64,000 nucleotides of DNA from Pseudomonadota bacterium. GTDB lineage: Bacteria > Pseudomonadota > Alphaproteobacteria > Sphingomonadales > Sphingomonadaceae. This document shows, piece by piece, positions 41,309 through 51,719 of this stretch; position 1 is the first letter of the stretch, and every line of letters begins with the position of its first letter. The DNA lies in contig JBEDEX010000002.1 in the NCBI GenBank assembly GCA_041175465.1, positions 36,405 to 100,404 of the forward strand, given 5' to 3'. Made by a program: the position numbers and the translations under genes. Below the pieces are notes generated by a model, which saw only the letters and a list, made by a program, of their open reading frames with translations, made no database searches and was not told the DNA's origin.

Positions 41309-42633
41309 TCGTTCAGGCGCAACACTTCACCCGCCAAATATAGCGATCCGCAGATGAGGACATTGGCTGGCGCTTGCTGCCCGGCCACGCGCTTCAGCGC
41401 AGCGACGATGTCGTCTGCTGGCTGTGCGTTAGTGATGTGCAGTTCGGAAAGCGCCACGTCGCAAAGCGCAGTTGGCAGATGATGTTCATGGCCCGGTATT
41501 GGCACAGCCGTCAGCGTTGCAATCTTTGATGCAAATGGGGTCAAGAAACCAAGCGCGTCCTTATTCTTCAACATGCCGATGATGACATGCACGGGCGCAC
41601 CGTTTTCCAATATCTTGGCAATCACAGACCCTGCATCGGGATTATGCCCGCCGTCCAACCAGATGTTTGAACCATCGGGCAACAATTTGGTGAGAGGCCC
41701 TGCGCCCAATAATTGCATCCGTGCGGGCCAGCGCGTCCACTCCATCGCGGCGGACAAGGCTGCTTCAGGAACAGAAATCGCCGATTGATGCCGCAACATT
41801 GCCACTGCCAAGGCTGCGTTATCCGCCTGATGTGCGCCCGGCATGCGGGGCAGGGGTAGTTTCAGCTTTCCAGATGCATCGCGGTAATGCAGGCGGTCGT
41901 CATAAACCGCGGCATCCCAGCCTTCACCGCGCGCATATATTAACGCATTGTGCATGGACGCTTGTGCCGCAACGGTGCTTGCCATTGAGATGTTGTATTT
42001 TTGCGTGACTAAAGGCGCGCCGGACTTGGCAATGCCCGCCTTTTCAAAGGCGATCCGGTCCAATGGCGCCATGTCGAGCACACCGTCCTCCGCTGCCAAC
42101 AAAAACGCCTCATGATCCAACCCCAGCGAGGCAATGCCGCACGCCACGGGCTTGGCCAGAACGTTGGTCGCGTCTAGCCTGCCGCCAAGGCCAACTTCGA
42201 CAATGCACGCATCGGCCTTAGTTCGCGCAAATGCGCAAAAGGCAACGGCGGTGGTGACTTCAAAAAAGCTCGCCTCCAAGCCCTCTGCATGGTCGAGAAC
42301 TTCGGACAGGAGTGCCGACAGAGTAAAATCGTCAATCAGCCGCCCTGCGACGCGTATACGCTCGTTAAAACGCACCAGATGCGGGCTGGAATAGACATGT
42401 GCCGTTAGCCCAGCCGCCTCAATGGCGCCGCGCAGGAAGGCGCAGGTCGATCCTTTGCCATTGGTGCCAGATACATGAAATACAGGCGGAAGATGATGAT
42501 GCGGGTTACCAAGCCGGTCGAGCAAAGTTGCGATGCGTTCAAGGCCCAAAATATCCTTGCCGGGCGATAGCATCGTTAACCGGTCAAGCTGCGCCTGAAC
42601 GGCAGGGTCAGTGGAGGTAGCGTGGTCAGGCAT
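41293..42633 (-). CDS. folC: Folylpolyglutamate synthase/dihydrofolate synthase
   Basis: HVSGTNGKGST, YSSPHLVRFNERI, EVGLGGRLDATN, LDGGHNPDAG, ICGSLYLAGEV. Start ATG 42633. Confidence 0.96.
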   Translation of the reverse strand: MPDHATSTDPAVQAQLDRLTMLSPGKDILGLERIATLLDRLGNPHHHLPPVFHVSGTNGKGSTCAFLRGAIEAAGLTAHVYSSPHLVRFNERIRVAGRLIDDFTLSALLSEVLDHAEGLEASFFEVTTAVAFCAFARTKADACIVEVGLGGRLDATNVLAKPVACGIASLGLDHEAFLLAAEDGVLDMAPLDRIAFEKAGIAKSGAPLVTQKYNISMASTVAAQASMHNALIYARGEGWDAAVYDDRLHYRDASGKLKLPLPRMPGAHQADNAALAVAMLRHQSAISVPEAALSAAMEWTRWPARMQLLGAGPLTKLLPDGSNIWLDGGHNPDAGSVIAKILENGAPVHVIIGMLKNKDALGFLTPFASKIATLTAVPIPGHEHHLPTALCDVALSELHITNAQPADDIVAALKRVAGQQAPANVLICGSLYLAGEVLRLNDQVPD

Positions 42634-42697
42634 GGGCTTGTCCTTTGTCACTCCCGCAGACATGAGAGCGACAACAAGTGGTTTTCGCAATATCGAG

Positions 42698-43552
42698 CTA
42701 GGCCGCCTTCTTCTCCGGCGCGAGATAGCCGATGAGCTGCGACAATACACCGCGCAGGTCGTGGCGATGGGTCACCATGTCGATCATGCCATGTTCCAGC
42801 AGATATTCGGCGCGCTGGAATCCCTCGGGTAGCTTTTCACGAATTGTTTGTTCAATCACACGTTGCCCAGCAAAGCCGATGAGCGCGCCGGGTTCAGCAA
42901 TTTGCACATCGCCAAGCATGGCGTAAGATGCGGTAACGCCGCCCGTAGTTGGGTCAGTGAGAACAACGATATAGGGCAATCCTGCATCATGTAGCATCTG
43001 TATGGCGACCGTCGAACGGGGCATTTGCATCAGGCTCAATATGCCCTCCTGCATGCGCGCACCGCCCGCTGCGGTGAAGATGACATAAGGGCATTTTGCA
43101 CGGATCGCGGCCTTAACCGCGTCGATGAACGCCTCCCCAACCGCCATACCCATGGAACCACCCATGAAAGCGAAGTCCTGCACGCTGATCACTACCATTT
43201 GGTCATTAATCTTGCCGCGCGCAGTTTTCATCGCATCGGTCTCGCCCGTGGCAACACGCGCGGCCTTGATCCGGTCGACATATTTCTTGGTATCTTTAAA
43301 CTTCAACGGGTCTTCGCCCACGACCGGCGGTTTGAGAATGTCGTAGTTTTCGTTGTCGAATAAAGCATCAAAGCGCGCAGCGGGGCCAATGCGGCCATGG
43401 TGATCGCATTTAGGACAAACAGACTGATTTTCCTCAAATTCGCGCAGGAAAATCATCGCATCACAACCCTTGCATTTGTGCCAGAGCGTTTCGGCGGTCT
43501 CGCGCTTGGCGATGAAGGGAATGGCGTTACGGACGCGGGTGACCCAATTCAT
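42698..43552 (-). CDS. accD: Acetyl-CoA carboxylase carboxyltransferase beta
   Basis: WHKCKGC..CPKC zinc finger, [36 protein letters not shown]. Confidence 0.98.
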   Translation of the reverse strand: MNWVTRVRNAIPFIAKRETAETLWHKCKGCDAMIFLREFEENQSVCPKCDHHGRIGPAARFDALFDNENYDILKPPVVGEDPLKFKDTKKYVDRIKAARVATGETDAMKTARGKINDQMVVISVQDFAFMGGSMGMAVGEAFIDAVKAAIRAKCPYVIFTAAGGARMQEGILSLMQMPRSTVAIQMLHDAGLPYIVVLTDPTTGGVTASYAMLGDVQIAEPGALIGFAGQRVIEQTIREKLPEGFQRAEYLLEHGMIDMVTHRHDLRGVLSQLIGYLAPEKKAA

Positions 43553-43554
43553 GT

Positions 43555-44340
43555 TCAGACCTTTCTGGCGGCAACAATGGCTTGCTTTAAGGATGCGACA
43601 TAATCGCGGACAGGACCAGCGGCGTTTGCGCCATGCTGGGCAACTAGTTCAACAATGGCAGAGCCAACGACAACACCATCGGCAACGCGCGCGATGTTGG
43701 CGGCTTGTTCTGGCGTACGCACGCCAAAGCCCACTGCGATGGGCAGGTCGGTATGCGCCTTCAAGCGAGCGACGGCTTCATCAATGCTTGTCTGTGCCGC
43801 GACTTGAAGGCCGGTGATACCAGCGACGCTGACATAATATAGGAAACCTGACGCGCCAGTAAGGACCATGGGCAAGCGTGCGGCGTCGGTTGTGGGGGTT
43901 GCCAAGCGGATAAGGTCAATGCCTGCATTGCGCAAAGCAGGGCCAAGCTCTGGGTCTTCTTCAGGTGGAATATCAACGCAGATGACGCCGTCGACGCCTG
44001 CTTTGTTGCATTCGGATGCAAACCAGTCGCCGCCACGGATGGTCATCGGGTTGGCATAGCCCATTAATACCAACGGCGTATCAGGATGGCGTTTGCGAAA
44101 GGCGGAAGCGAGGGCGAAGATATCCGCCGTCTTGGTTCCGGCGTTCAAGCTGCGGATATTCGCTTCCTGAATAACAGGGCCATCAGCCATCGGGTCGGTA
44201 AACGGCATGCCAAGTTCAATGACATCCGCGCCCCCTGCGACGAGAGCGTCGAGATTGGCGGCGGTGTCGCCATCACCAGCAGTGATGAAGGCGACGAGCG
44301 CGGGATGGGGCTTGGAAAAAGCAGCGGAGAGACGGGTCAT
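43555..44340 (-). CDS. trpA: Tryptophan synthase alpha
   Basis: [48 protein letters not shown]. Confidence 0.98.
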   Translation of the reverse strand: MTRLSAAFSKPHPALVAFITAGDGDTAANLDALVAGGADVIELGMPFTDPMADGPVIQEANIRSLNAGTKTADIFALASAFRKRHPDTPLVLMGYANPMTIRGGDWFASECNKAGVDGVICVDIPPEEDPELGPALRNAGIDLIRLATPTTDAARLPMVLTGASGFLYYVSVAGITGLQVAAQTSIDEAVARLKAHTDLPIAVGFGVRTPEQAANIARVADGVVVGSAIVELVAQHGANAAGPVRDYVASLKQAIVAARKV

Positions 44341-44354
44341 ATTGCCAACCTGCT

Positions 44355-44382
44355 GTTATCCTGAAACAAGTTCAGGATGACG
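44355..44382 (-). repeat. CGTC-tagged REP-like palindrome (best-preserved copy)
   Basis: Minus strand CGTCATCCTGAA-CTTGT-TTCAGGATAAC, an 11-bp stem in the trpB-trpA spacer. Confidence 0.75.
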
Positions 44383-44395
44383 AATATTGTGCTTT

Positions 44396-45637
44396 TCATA
44401 TCGTCGTCCCCAAAGCCTCGGCGACGGTAAAGATGTCTTTGTCGCCACGTCCACAAAGGTTCGCCAATATGATTTGGTCACGGTCCATCTTCTTGGCTTC
44501 GCGTTCCACAGCAGCAATCGCGTGGGCTGGCTCCAGCGCCGGGATGATGCCTTCGGTGCGGCACAGCAATTGAAACGCCGCCAGCGCTTCTGTGTCGGTT
44601 ACGCTATCGTACCGCACACGTCCAATTTCCTTGAGCCAGCTATGTTCGGGGCCAATGCCGGGATAGTCCAGACCGGCCGAAATTGAATGCGCTTCGGCAA
44701 TCTGGCCGTCTTCGTCCTGCAGCAAATAGGTTTTATTACCATGCAGCACGCCAGGGCGACCGCCGGCGAGGCTTGCGGCATGTTCGGCGTTAAGGCCGTG
44801 ACCCGCCGCCTCAATACCGAGCATTGCAACGTCCTTGTCATCCAAAAATGGGTGAAACAGGCCAATCGCGTTTGAACCGCCGCCAATAGCCGCGACAAGC
44901 AAGTCGGGCAGGCGGTTGATGCGCGACAGCATTTGTGCGCGCGCTTCCTTGCCGATCACGCTTTGGAAATCGCGGACCAGTTCGGGATAAGGATGTGGAC
45001 CAGCCGCTGTACCGATAATGTAGAAAGTGTCATGGACATTGGCGACCCAGTCGCGCAGCCCTTCGTTCATTGCGTCCTTCAGCGTGCCTGCGCCACTGGT
45101 GACGGGAATGACCTCCGCGCCCAATAACCGCATGCGGAACACATTGGGTTGCTGCCGTTCAATGTCTTTGGCGCCCATATAGATGAAGCAAGGCAGGCCA
45201 AAACGCGCGCAAACCGTTGCAGTGGCAACGCCATGTTGGCCTGCGCCGGTTTCCGCGATGATGCGCGTTTTGCCCATACGAATGGCGAGCAAAATCTGAC
45301 CGATGCAATTGTTGATCTTGTGCGCGCCGGTATGGTTCAATTCATCACGTTTGAACCAGATTTGCGCACCTTTGCCTGCCGGCGCATTCTTGCGGACTTC
45401 CTCCGTCAGGCGCTCCGCATAATAAAGCGGCGACGGGCGGCCGACATAATGTTCCAGCAAATCGTCGAATTGCGCGGCAAAAGCCGGATCCTGCTGTGCC
45501 GCGCGATATTCGCGTTCCAGATCGAGCACAAGCGGCATGAGCGTTTCGGCGACATAGCGCCCGCCAAACTGACCAAAATGGCCGCGTTCGTCGGGTTGGT
45601 TGCGAAAGGAGTTCGGGGTGCGTTCAGTGATTGTCAT
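44396..45637 (-). CDS. trpB: Tryptophan synthase beta
   Basis: [58 protein letters not shown]. Start ATG 45637. Confidence 0.98.
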   Translation of the reverse strand: MTITERTPNSFRNQPDERGHFGQFGGRYVAETLMPLVLDLEREYRAAQQDPAFAAQFDDLLEHYVGRPSPLYYAERLTEEVRKNAPAGKGAQIWFKRDELNHTGAHKINNCIGQILLAIRMGKTRIIAETGAGQHGVATATVCARFGLPCFIYMGAKDIERQQPNVFRMRLLGAEVIPVTSGAGTLKDAMNEGLRDWVANVHDTFYIIGTAAGPHPYPELVRDFQSVIGKEARAQMLSRINRLPDLLVAAIGGGSNAIGLFHPFLDDKDVAMLGIEAAGHGLNAEHAASLAGGRPGVLHGNKTYLLQDEDGQIAEAHSISAGLDYPGIGPEHSWLKEIGRVRYDSVTDTEALAAFQLLCRTEGIIPALEPAHAIAAVEREAKKMDRDQIILANLCGRGDKDIFTVAEALGTTI

Positions 45638-46265
45638 AGTCCCGAACCGCTTGGCAGAAGGCCGCAATCTTGTCCACATCCTTGATGCCTGGCGCGGATT
45701 CTACACCTGAAGATGTGTCAACCAGTTGTGCGCGCGTTTGGCGCAATGCTTCCTTCACATTGTCGGCGTTCAGTCCGCCGGCAAGGCCCCAAGGGATCTT
45801 GTGCGCGTGTTCGCTAAGCAAAGACCAGTCAAAGCGCGTGCCCGTGCCGCCCGGCAAAGTCTGAGAAGGTGCATCAAATAATACGAAATCTGCCGCATCG
45901 ACATATTCATCCGCATTTTTGAGCGATACCGCGTCCCGAACGCCAAAAGCCTTCCAAATTTCGATGTCCACAGTGCTTTTGAGGGTGCGGAGCCATTGCG
46001 GGCTTTCCGATCCATGAAATTGCACTATGTCTGGTTTGATGACTTCAATTGCCTTGGCGGTAAGGCCAGGTTCGGCGTTCACCAGCAATAGAACAACTTT
46101 CAAGCTTGCTGGCGCGTGCATCCGAAGAGCGGCGGCGTGTTCTAACGCCACATGGCGCGGGCTTTTTTCAAATTGAACGAGGCCAATATGCGATGCACCC
46201 GCTTTAGCGGCGGCATCAATGCTGGCTTCCGTGCTCAGGCCGCAAATTTTTATCTGTGTGTTCAT
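45624..46265 (-). CDS. trpF: Phosphoribosylanthranilate isomerase
   Basis: [45 protein letters not shown]. Start ATG 46265. Confidence 0.97.
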   Translation of the reverse strand: MNTQIKICGLSTEASIDAAAKAGASHIGLVQFEKSPRHVALEHAAALRMHAPASLKVVLLLVNAEPGLTAKAIEVIKPDIVQFHGSESPQWLRTLKSTVDIEIWKAFGVRDAVSLKNADEYVDAADFVLFDAPSQTLPGGTGTRFDWSLLSEHAHKIPWGLAGGLNADNVKEALRQTRAQLVDTSSGVESAPGIKDVDKIAAFCQAVRDYDNH

Positions 46266-46295
46266 ATACGGCCTAATAGCCGCCCCTTGCGTTCC

Positions 46296-46356
46296 CGTCA
46301 TCCCGAACTTGTTTTGCCTCTGCGAGCCTTAGACTCCAGTATGATCGGGAATGCAC
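46296..46356 (+). repeat. CGTC-tagged REP-like element with expanded loop
   Basis: CGTCATCCCGAACTTGTTT...~35 nt...TCGGGAATGCAC. The arms pair; it lies in the pyrF-trpF spacer. Confidence 0.6.
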
Positions 46357-46361
46357 ATGTC

Positions 46362-47036
46362 CTAAAGTGTGCCCATAATAGCCCGTGCAGCTTCATCTGG
46401 GCTCTCGGCCTGAGTGATTGGCCTTCCGATCACCAAAACGCTTGCGCCATCGTCACGGGCTTGCCTAGGTGTCACAGTGCGTTTTTGGTCGGCCGCAACT
46501 CCGCCTGCGGGGCGAAGACCGGGGACGACGAAGAAACCATCCTTCCATGCTGTTTTCGCGGCCTTCACTTCATGCCCCGAACACACAATGCCATCCAGAC
46601 CAGCTTCCTGCGCGAGCGCGGCCAAGCGGGCCACTTGAAGCTCTGCACTGTCGGATACACCAACGCGGGTGAGGTCATGATCGTCCAGACTGGTCAGGAC
46701 AGTCACCGCCACCACTTTGGTATGCAAGCCAGCGGCTGCTTTGGCATCCTCCATCATCGCACGACCTCCTGCGGCGTGGATAGTCACAATAGCGGGCTCA
46801 AGCGTGTTGATTGCTTGCATCGCCTTGGCAACAGTATTGGGAATGTCGTGCAATTTTAGATCAAGGAAAATGGGAAGGCCCAGTTTCTGGACCTCATGCA
46901 CGCCATGATGCCCATTGGCGCAGAAAAATTCGAGACCGAGTTTTACCCCGCCAACTTGTCCCTTGATGCGGCGGGTCAATAACAGCGCATCTTCAAGATA
47001 AGGCGTGTCAATGGCAACGAAGATCGGGTTGGTCAT
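46362..47036 (-). CDS. pyrF: Orotidine-5'-phosphate decarboxylase
   Basis: VKLGLEFF, FLDLKLHDIPNTV, AVTVLTS, VVPGLRP, LVIGRPIT. Confidence 0.98.
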   Translation of the reverse strand: MTNPIFVAIDTPYLEDALLLTRRIKGQVGGVKLGLEFFCANGHHGVHEVQKLGLPIFLDLKLHDIPNTVAKAMQAINTLEPAIVTIHAAGGRAMMEDAKAAAGLHTKVVAVTVLTSLDDHDLTRVGVSDSAELQVARLAALAQEAGLDGIVCSGHEVKAAKTAWKDGFFVVPGLRPAGGVAADQKRTVTPRQARDDGASVLVIGRPITQAESPDEAARAIMGTL

Positions 47037-47332
47037 AGGGTATCCACAGCAGTGTAAGCAGGGGGAGGAGAGACAGGCGCAGGGAGAACCGATGTCCGTT
47101 GGTTACCCTCAAGCGTTAATATACGTCGCTTCAAGCGCCATATTTGTGTCCGGTGCAAAAGATACAAAGGCAAAAAGCCAAGCAGGAAAGCAGCACTAAC
47201 CAAGGCTGGCAATTTGGTATCCAGACGAAGGCCGCCCCAAAGGCTGACGGACACAGGAGCCCAATTGTTGGTCGCGAACACAATCAACCCGATAATGATA
47301 GTGACCCAAATCAGCGTTTTTAGAAATCGCAT
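47033..47332 (-). CDS. LapA/DUF1049-like small membrane protein
   Basis: Two hydrophobic segments around FATNNWAPVSVSLW, LPALV, basic amphipathic tail (WRLKRRI). Upstream of pyrF; start ATG 47332. Confidence 0.65.
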   Translation of the reverse strand: MRFLKTLIWVTIIIGLIVFATNNWAPVSVSLWGGLRLDTKLPALVSAAFLLGFLPLYLLHRTQIWRLKRRILTLEGNQRTSVLPAPVSPPPAYTAVDTL

Positions 47333-47433
47333 CGTGCGGCTTCTCCTTTTCAAGCATAGCTTAAGGAAACTTTGCCCCTTTGGGTAGGGGTTAGTGTCTT
47401 TTCGCCTAATGTGCTTCAAACATGGAGCGGTGC

Positions 47434-48744
47434 TTAGCCAAATACGCGGTCGAAAATTGTATCGATGTGCTTGAAATGATAATCAAGATTGAACCGCTCT
47501 TCGATTTCCGACGCGGTCATTTTTGCGGTGACATCGGCGTCAGCTTTCAGCAGTTCCATCAACGACTCTGCGCCATCCGATTCCCAAACCTTCATCGCAT
47601 TACGTTGCACAATGCGGTAGCTGTCCTCACGGCTAATGCCTGCCTGCGTTAGTGCCAACAGGACGCGTTGCGAATGCACAAGCCCGCCCATACGGTCGAG
47701 ATTTTTTTGCATCCGTTCTGGGTAGATAAGCAATTTGTCGACAACACCCGTCATGCGGCCCAGCGCGAAATCGAGCGTGATGGTCGCATCGGGGCCGATA
47801 TAACGTTCAACGCTCGAATGGCTAATATCGCGTTCATGCCACAATGCGACATTCTCGAGCGCGGGTGTCACATAGCCGCGCACCATGCGGGCAAGGCCCG
47901 TCAGGTTTTCGGTCAAGACCGGGTTACGTTTGTGGGGCATCGCCGAGCTGCCCTTTTGGCCCGGCGAGAAATATTCCTCCGCCTCTAACACTTCGGTGCG
48001 CTGCAAATGGCGGACTTCGGTCGCTAGGCGCTCAATTGAAGAGGCGATGACACCCAGTGTCGCAAAATACATGGCGTGACGGTCGCGCGGGATGACTTGG
48101 GTCGAGACAGGCTCAACCGCAAGACCAAGCTTGGCCGCTACATGCGCTTCAACTTCGGGGTCGATATTCGCAAAGGTACCCACGGCGCCGGAAATCGCGC
48201 AGGTGGCGATTTCGGCACGCGCCGCAACCAAACGTTCGCGGCCGCGTGCAAATTCGGCATAAGCTTGCGCAAGCTTCATACCAAAGGTCACAGGTTCGGC
48301 GTGTATGCCATGGCTACGGCCAATTGTCGGCGTGAACTTATGCTCCATTGCGCGGGTTTTAATGGCGGCAAGGAGAGCGTCCATATCGGCCAGCAACAGG
48401 TCGGTCGCTTGTGTCAATTGGACGGCGAGGCAGGTGTCAAGCACGTCAGAGGACGTCATCCCCTGATGCATGAAGCGGGCTTCGTCGCCGACTTGTTCGG
48501 CAACCCATGTTAGGAATGCGATAACGTCATGCTTGGTGACGGCTTCAATCGCGTCAATAGCTGCAACGTCGATAGCTGGGTTTGTGTCCCACCATTTCCA
48601 AAGGGCTTGGGCGGCAGATGCAGGCACAACGCCGCGTTGGGCCAGCGCGTCCGTGGCGTGCGCTTCAATTTCGAACCAAATGCGGAAACGGTTTTCCGGC
48701 TCCCAAATCTTGACCATGTCGGGGCGGGAATAACGTGGGATCAT
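47434..48744 (-). CDS. purB: Adenylosuccinate lyase
   Basis: MIPRYSRP, TKHDVIAFL, GRSHGIHAEP, GQKGSSAMPHKRNP, LWHERDISHSS. Confidence 0.98.
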   Translation of the reverse strand: MIPRYSRPDMVKIWEPENRFRIWFEIEAHATDALAQRGVVPASAAQALWKWWDTNPAIDVAAIDAIEAVTKHDVIAFLTWVAEQVGDEARFMHQGMTSSDVLDTCLAVQLTQATDLLLADMDALLAAIKTRAMEHKFTPTIGRSHGIHAEPVTFGMKLAQAYAEFARGRERLVAARAEIATCAISGAVGTFANIDPEVEAHVAAKLGLAVEPVSTQVIPRDRHAMYFATLGVIASSIERLATEVRHLQRTEVLEAEEYFSPGQKGSSAMPHKRNPVLTENLTGLARMVRGYVTPALENVALWHERDISHSSVERYIGPDATITLDFALGRMTGVVDKLLIYPERMQKNLDRMGGLVHSQRVLLALTQAGISREDSYRIVQRNAMKVWESDGAESLMELLKADADVTAKMTASEIEERFNLDYHFKHIDTIFDRVFG

Positions 48745-48820
48745 AAGAAACGCTTTCGGCTGATATCGGGAGTCGTGGCTCCGTTAGCAGGCGTAAGGTT
48801 TGGCGTCAAAATGCGTCGCA

Positions 48821-48853
48821 AAAAAGAAGGGCGCGGGTTTTACGCCGCGCCCT
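48821..48853 (-). terminator. Intrinsic terminator of the TonB-dependent receptor
   Basis: AGGGCGCGG/CCGCGCCCT stem followed by a T-rich tract on the minus strand. Confidence 0.75.
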
Positions 48854-48875
48854 GCTTATTCACTTTATGAAAGGT

Positions 48876-51497
48876 TTAGAAATCGATCGACACACGACCG
48901 TAAACAAACCGTCCGCTGAAGCCGAATGGCGACTGCGAGCTGTAAGGCAAGAACGCGTTGTTAAAGCCATAATTCACGCCATCAACAGTACCAAAGGGCA
49001 GGCGATCAGGATAGGCATCCAGCAAGTTGTTTGCACCCAAGGCGATGGAAACTGACTCAACAGGCTTAAAGCGGAACTCAAGGTCTGTGACCCATTTTGG
49101 TGCCAAGAAAATGTCACCTGGAACAGTGCCCGGCGCTTTTGTGATATCGCTAGTGGGGTTTGTGCCGGTCACGGTTGTGAAACCGCTTGGCAAGAACACT
49201 TCACCATAACGGTTGGTACGCAACGTCATACCGAAGTTATCATAATCCCAATCAAGTCCAACGTTGAGCTTGTTCTTCGGTTGCCCCTCGGTGAGACGGA
49301 AGCTTTCCTGACGTGCAAACAGGCGTTGTGCGGTGAAACCAGAAAATACGCGACGATCAGTGATTTTCGTATCGTTCAAGTTATAGCCAACGCTCACCCG
49401 GAATTGGCCGAGACCGAATTCGGGTACGCGATAGCTTGCAACAACATCAAGACCAGTCGTCTTGGTATCGATACCATTGATGAAGAAGCGAGCCGAACTG
49501 ACGCCAGTAACGCTTGCTGCGGTCAGCAACGTCAGAACGTCTGTACCTTGAAGGTTTTCCGTCAGCGTGATGCGGTCGTTAATCTGAATGTTATAGTAAT
49601 CTGCCGTAATACTCAGCCCGCTAACTGGTGTAAAAGTAACACCTGCGCCAAGATTGACAGATTTTTCTGGCTTCAGAGGTTGCGCACCCAAAGCGACAGC
49701 AACGGGGGACGATACAGGGAATGTTCCGATTTCAATCAAGACCCCGCCGACATTGTTGGTGGAGGTCGCCGCGAATGACTGCTGCGCAAGGCTAGGAGCG
49801 CGGAAACCTGTCGAAACCGAGCCGCGTAAAGCAACACCATCAATCACTTCGAAACGCGCCGCGGCTTTACCATTGATCGTGTCGCCAAAGTCGCTGAAAT
49901 GTTCGTAACGGCCGGCCAATTGAAGCGTCAACTGGTCCGAAATATCCGCATCAAGTTCGGCATAGCCCGCAAAGCTATCACGCGAGACGTCGGTTTCGTT
50001 GGCCGGACGGAAGCCTGGGAACACCTGCGCACCGCCAGCAGCGTTATACGGCGCGGCTGAAAATGGACCATTGACGTAGCTTTGCACTTCACCCGCAACG
50101 ATCTTGTAGTTTTCGTTCCGATATTCACCACCAAAAGCGAAAGAAACGCTCTTGCCGATGCCGATGTCCAAATCACGGCGCATATCGAGGTTTATAGATG
50201 TCTGACCAGACCTTAGACCGCCTGAATCGAAACGGCGGGCGCTTGCTACGCCTCCGAGCGATGTGTTGACGGTGTTTTCGATGGTGTAATCCAAACGGTT
50301 TGATCCGTAGACAGCCGAGAGGTCATAGTCCCATCCGCCGGTGGCACCACGAACGCCCGCTGCAGCAGAAATGTCGACAATTTTACTGGCGATTAACGGC
50401 AAAAATCCGTCTGCGTAGATGGGAACGAAACTTGTGGTCGATGCCGACCAGTCGCGGTTACGCACGTCGGAAGAACGACGATAGAAACCTGCGCCATTGC
50501 CATCGCGGACGCCGTAGCTGCCGAAGGTATAAAATTCAGCGGTATCGGAGAATTCATAACCTGCGTTTACAAAGAAGTTCAGATCTTTCGAAACGCCATC
50601 GCCATAACGGTGAGCATAACGGTTAAAGGTCGTTTCGCGCGTATCGCCCGCAGCAAAATAGTTGCGGCGGATATCCGGACCAGAACGGTTCGTAGGTGAA
50701 CGATCCTTATATTCCGCGGTAAGGTTCACATAACCGCTCTCACCCAATGGCAAGCCAAAATTCGACGCGAATGTATAAGTGTCACCGTCATTCCGTTTGC
50801 GGTCTTTGCCGGTGTAGGTAATCGTTGGGTTATCAGACGACCCAGTCGTCAACGACACGGTGTCCACTTGGCCAACATCTTCCATTTCCGTGATGTATTT
50901 ACCAAATGTTGCCTGTGCACGGCCGCCCATGCCCTTTTTCAATTGGACGTTGATGACGCCCGCAATAGCATCCGAGCCATATTGCGATGCGGCACCGTCA
51001 CGCAGCACTTCGAGGCGTTCAATCGCCAATGGCGGGATGGTGTTAAGATCCACCGCAGTCGACCCACGACCAACAGAGCCGTTCAAGTTAACGAGCGCTG
51101 ATTGGTGGCGCCGTTTGCCGTTAATCAGTACCAGAACCTGATCGGGCGCAAGGCCACGCAGTGTTGCTGGACGCAGAGAGTCCGTTCCATCTGTCAACGA
51201 AGGCTGTGGGAAGTTAAACGATGGAACGAGTTGGTTCAGCAATTTGTTTGTTTCGGTCTGGCCGCTGTTCAGCAATGCATCTGCCGAAATTACGTCAACA
51301 GGAACGGTACTGTCAGCAACAGTTCGGTCGGTACGGCGCGTGCCTGTGACAATAATCGCATCTACGCCTGTTGCTTCTTCAACGGCCGCATCTTGCGGGG
51401 CGCTGTTTTGAGCAAAGGCTGGATTTGCAGCAGATACAAAAAGAGCAGTGGTAGAAACCGTCACTGCCAGTGCGGACATTAGCTTGTGCGTCTTCAT
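48876..51497 (-). CDS. TonB-dependent receptor, substrate unknown
   Basis: Signal peptide, IIVTGTRR, plug motif LRGLAPDQVLVLINGKRRH, ERLEVLRDGAASQYGSDAIAGVIN, LKPEKS, C-terminal aromatic F (GRVSIDF). Confidence 0.95.
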   Translation of the reverse strand: MKTHKLMSALAVTVSTTALFVSAANPAFAQNSAPQDAAVEEATGVDAIIVTGTRRTDRTVADSTVPVDVISADALLNSGQTETNKLLNQLVPSFNFPQPSLTDGTDSLRPATLRGLAPDQVLVLINGKRRHQSALVNLNGSVGRGSTAVDLNTIPPLAIERLEVLRDGAASQYGSDAIAGVINVQLKKGMGGRAQATFGKYITEMEDVGQVDTVSLTTGSSDNPTITYTGKDRKRNDGDTYTFASNFGLPLGESGYVNLTAEYKDRSPTNRSGPDIRRNYFAAGDTRETTFNRYAHRYGDGVSKDLNFFVNAGYEFSDTAEFYTFGSYGVRDGNGAGFYRRSSDVRNRDWSASTTSFVPIYADGFLPLIASKIVDISAAAGVRGATGGWDYDLSAVYGSNRLDYTIENTVNTSLGGVASARRFDSGGLRSGQTSINLDMRRDLDIGIGKSVSFAFGGEYRNENYKIVAGEVQSYVNGPFSAAPYNAAGGAQVFPGFRPANETDVSRDSFAGYAELDADISDQLTLQLAGRYEHFSDFGDTINGKAAARFEVIDGVALRGSVSTGFRAPSLAQQSFAATSTNNVGGVLIEIGTFPVSSPVAVALGAQPLKPEKSVNLGAGVTFTPVSGLSITADYYNIQINDRITLTENLQGTDVLTLLTAASVTGVSSARFFINGIDTKTTGLDVVASYRVPEFGLGQFRVSVGYNLNDTKITDRRVFSGFTAQRLFARQESFRLTEGQPKNKLNVGLDWDYDNFGMTLRTNRYGEVFLPSGFTTVTGTNPTSDITKAPGTVPGDIFLAPKWVTDLEFRFKPVESVSIALGANNLLDAYPDRLPFGTVDGVNYGFNNAFLPYSSQSPFGFSGRFVYGRVSIDF

Positions 51498-51719
51498 TTT
51501 ATTTCCCCGTTATTATTCAGATATTTGGTTTACTAAGGTGAGGCTGGCACTTTTATGTGTTGAATTCCAGTAAAGTCGATAAATTGAAACATTTTGCCAT
51601 GAATGTGTGGCTTTGTGGCAACGTGCATATGTGCGTATATATTTTGAAAATTGCATTTAGCTGTGGATTGCTGAAATCGTTGCTTTGCGACAGCGGGTTG
51701 GGCCGCTATCGGCTTATCT

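Noticed and set aside
51545-51562. TGGCAC as a sigma54 -24 element
   Set aside because: No TTGC at the -12 position, and it is on the wrong strand for the receptor gene.
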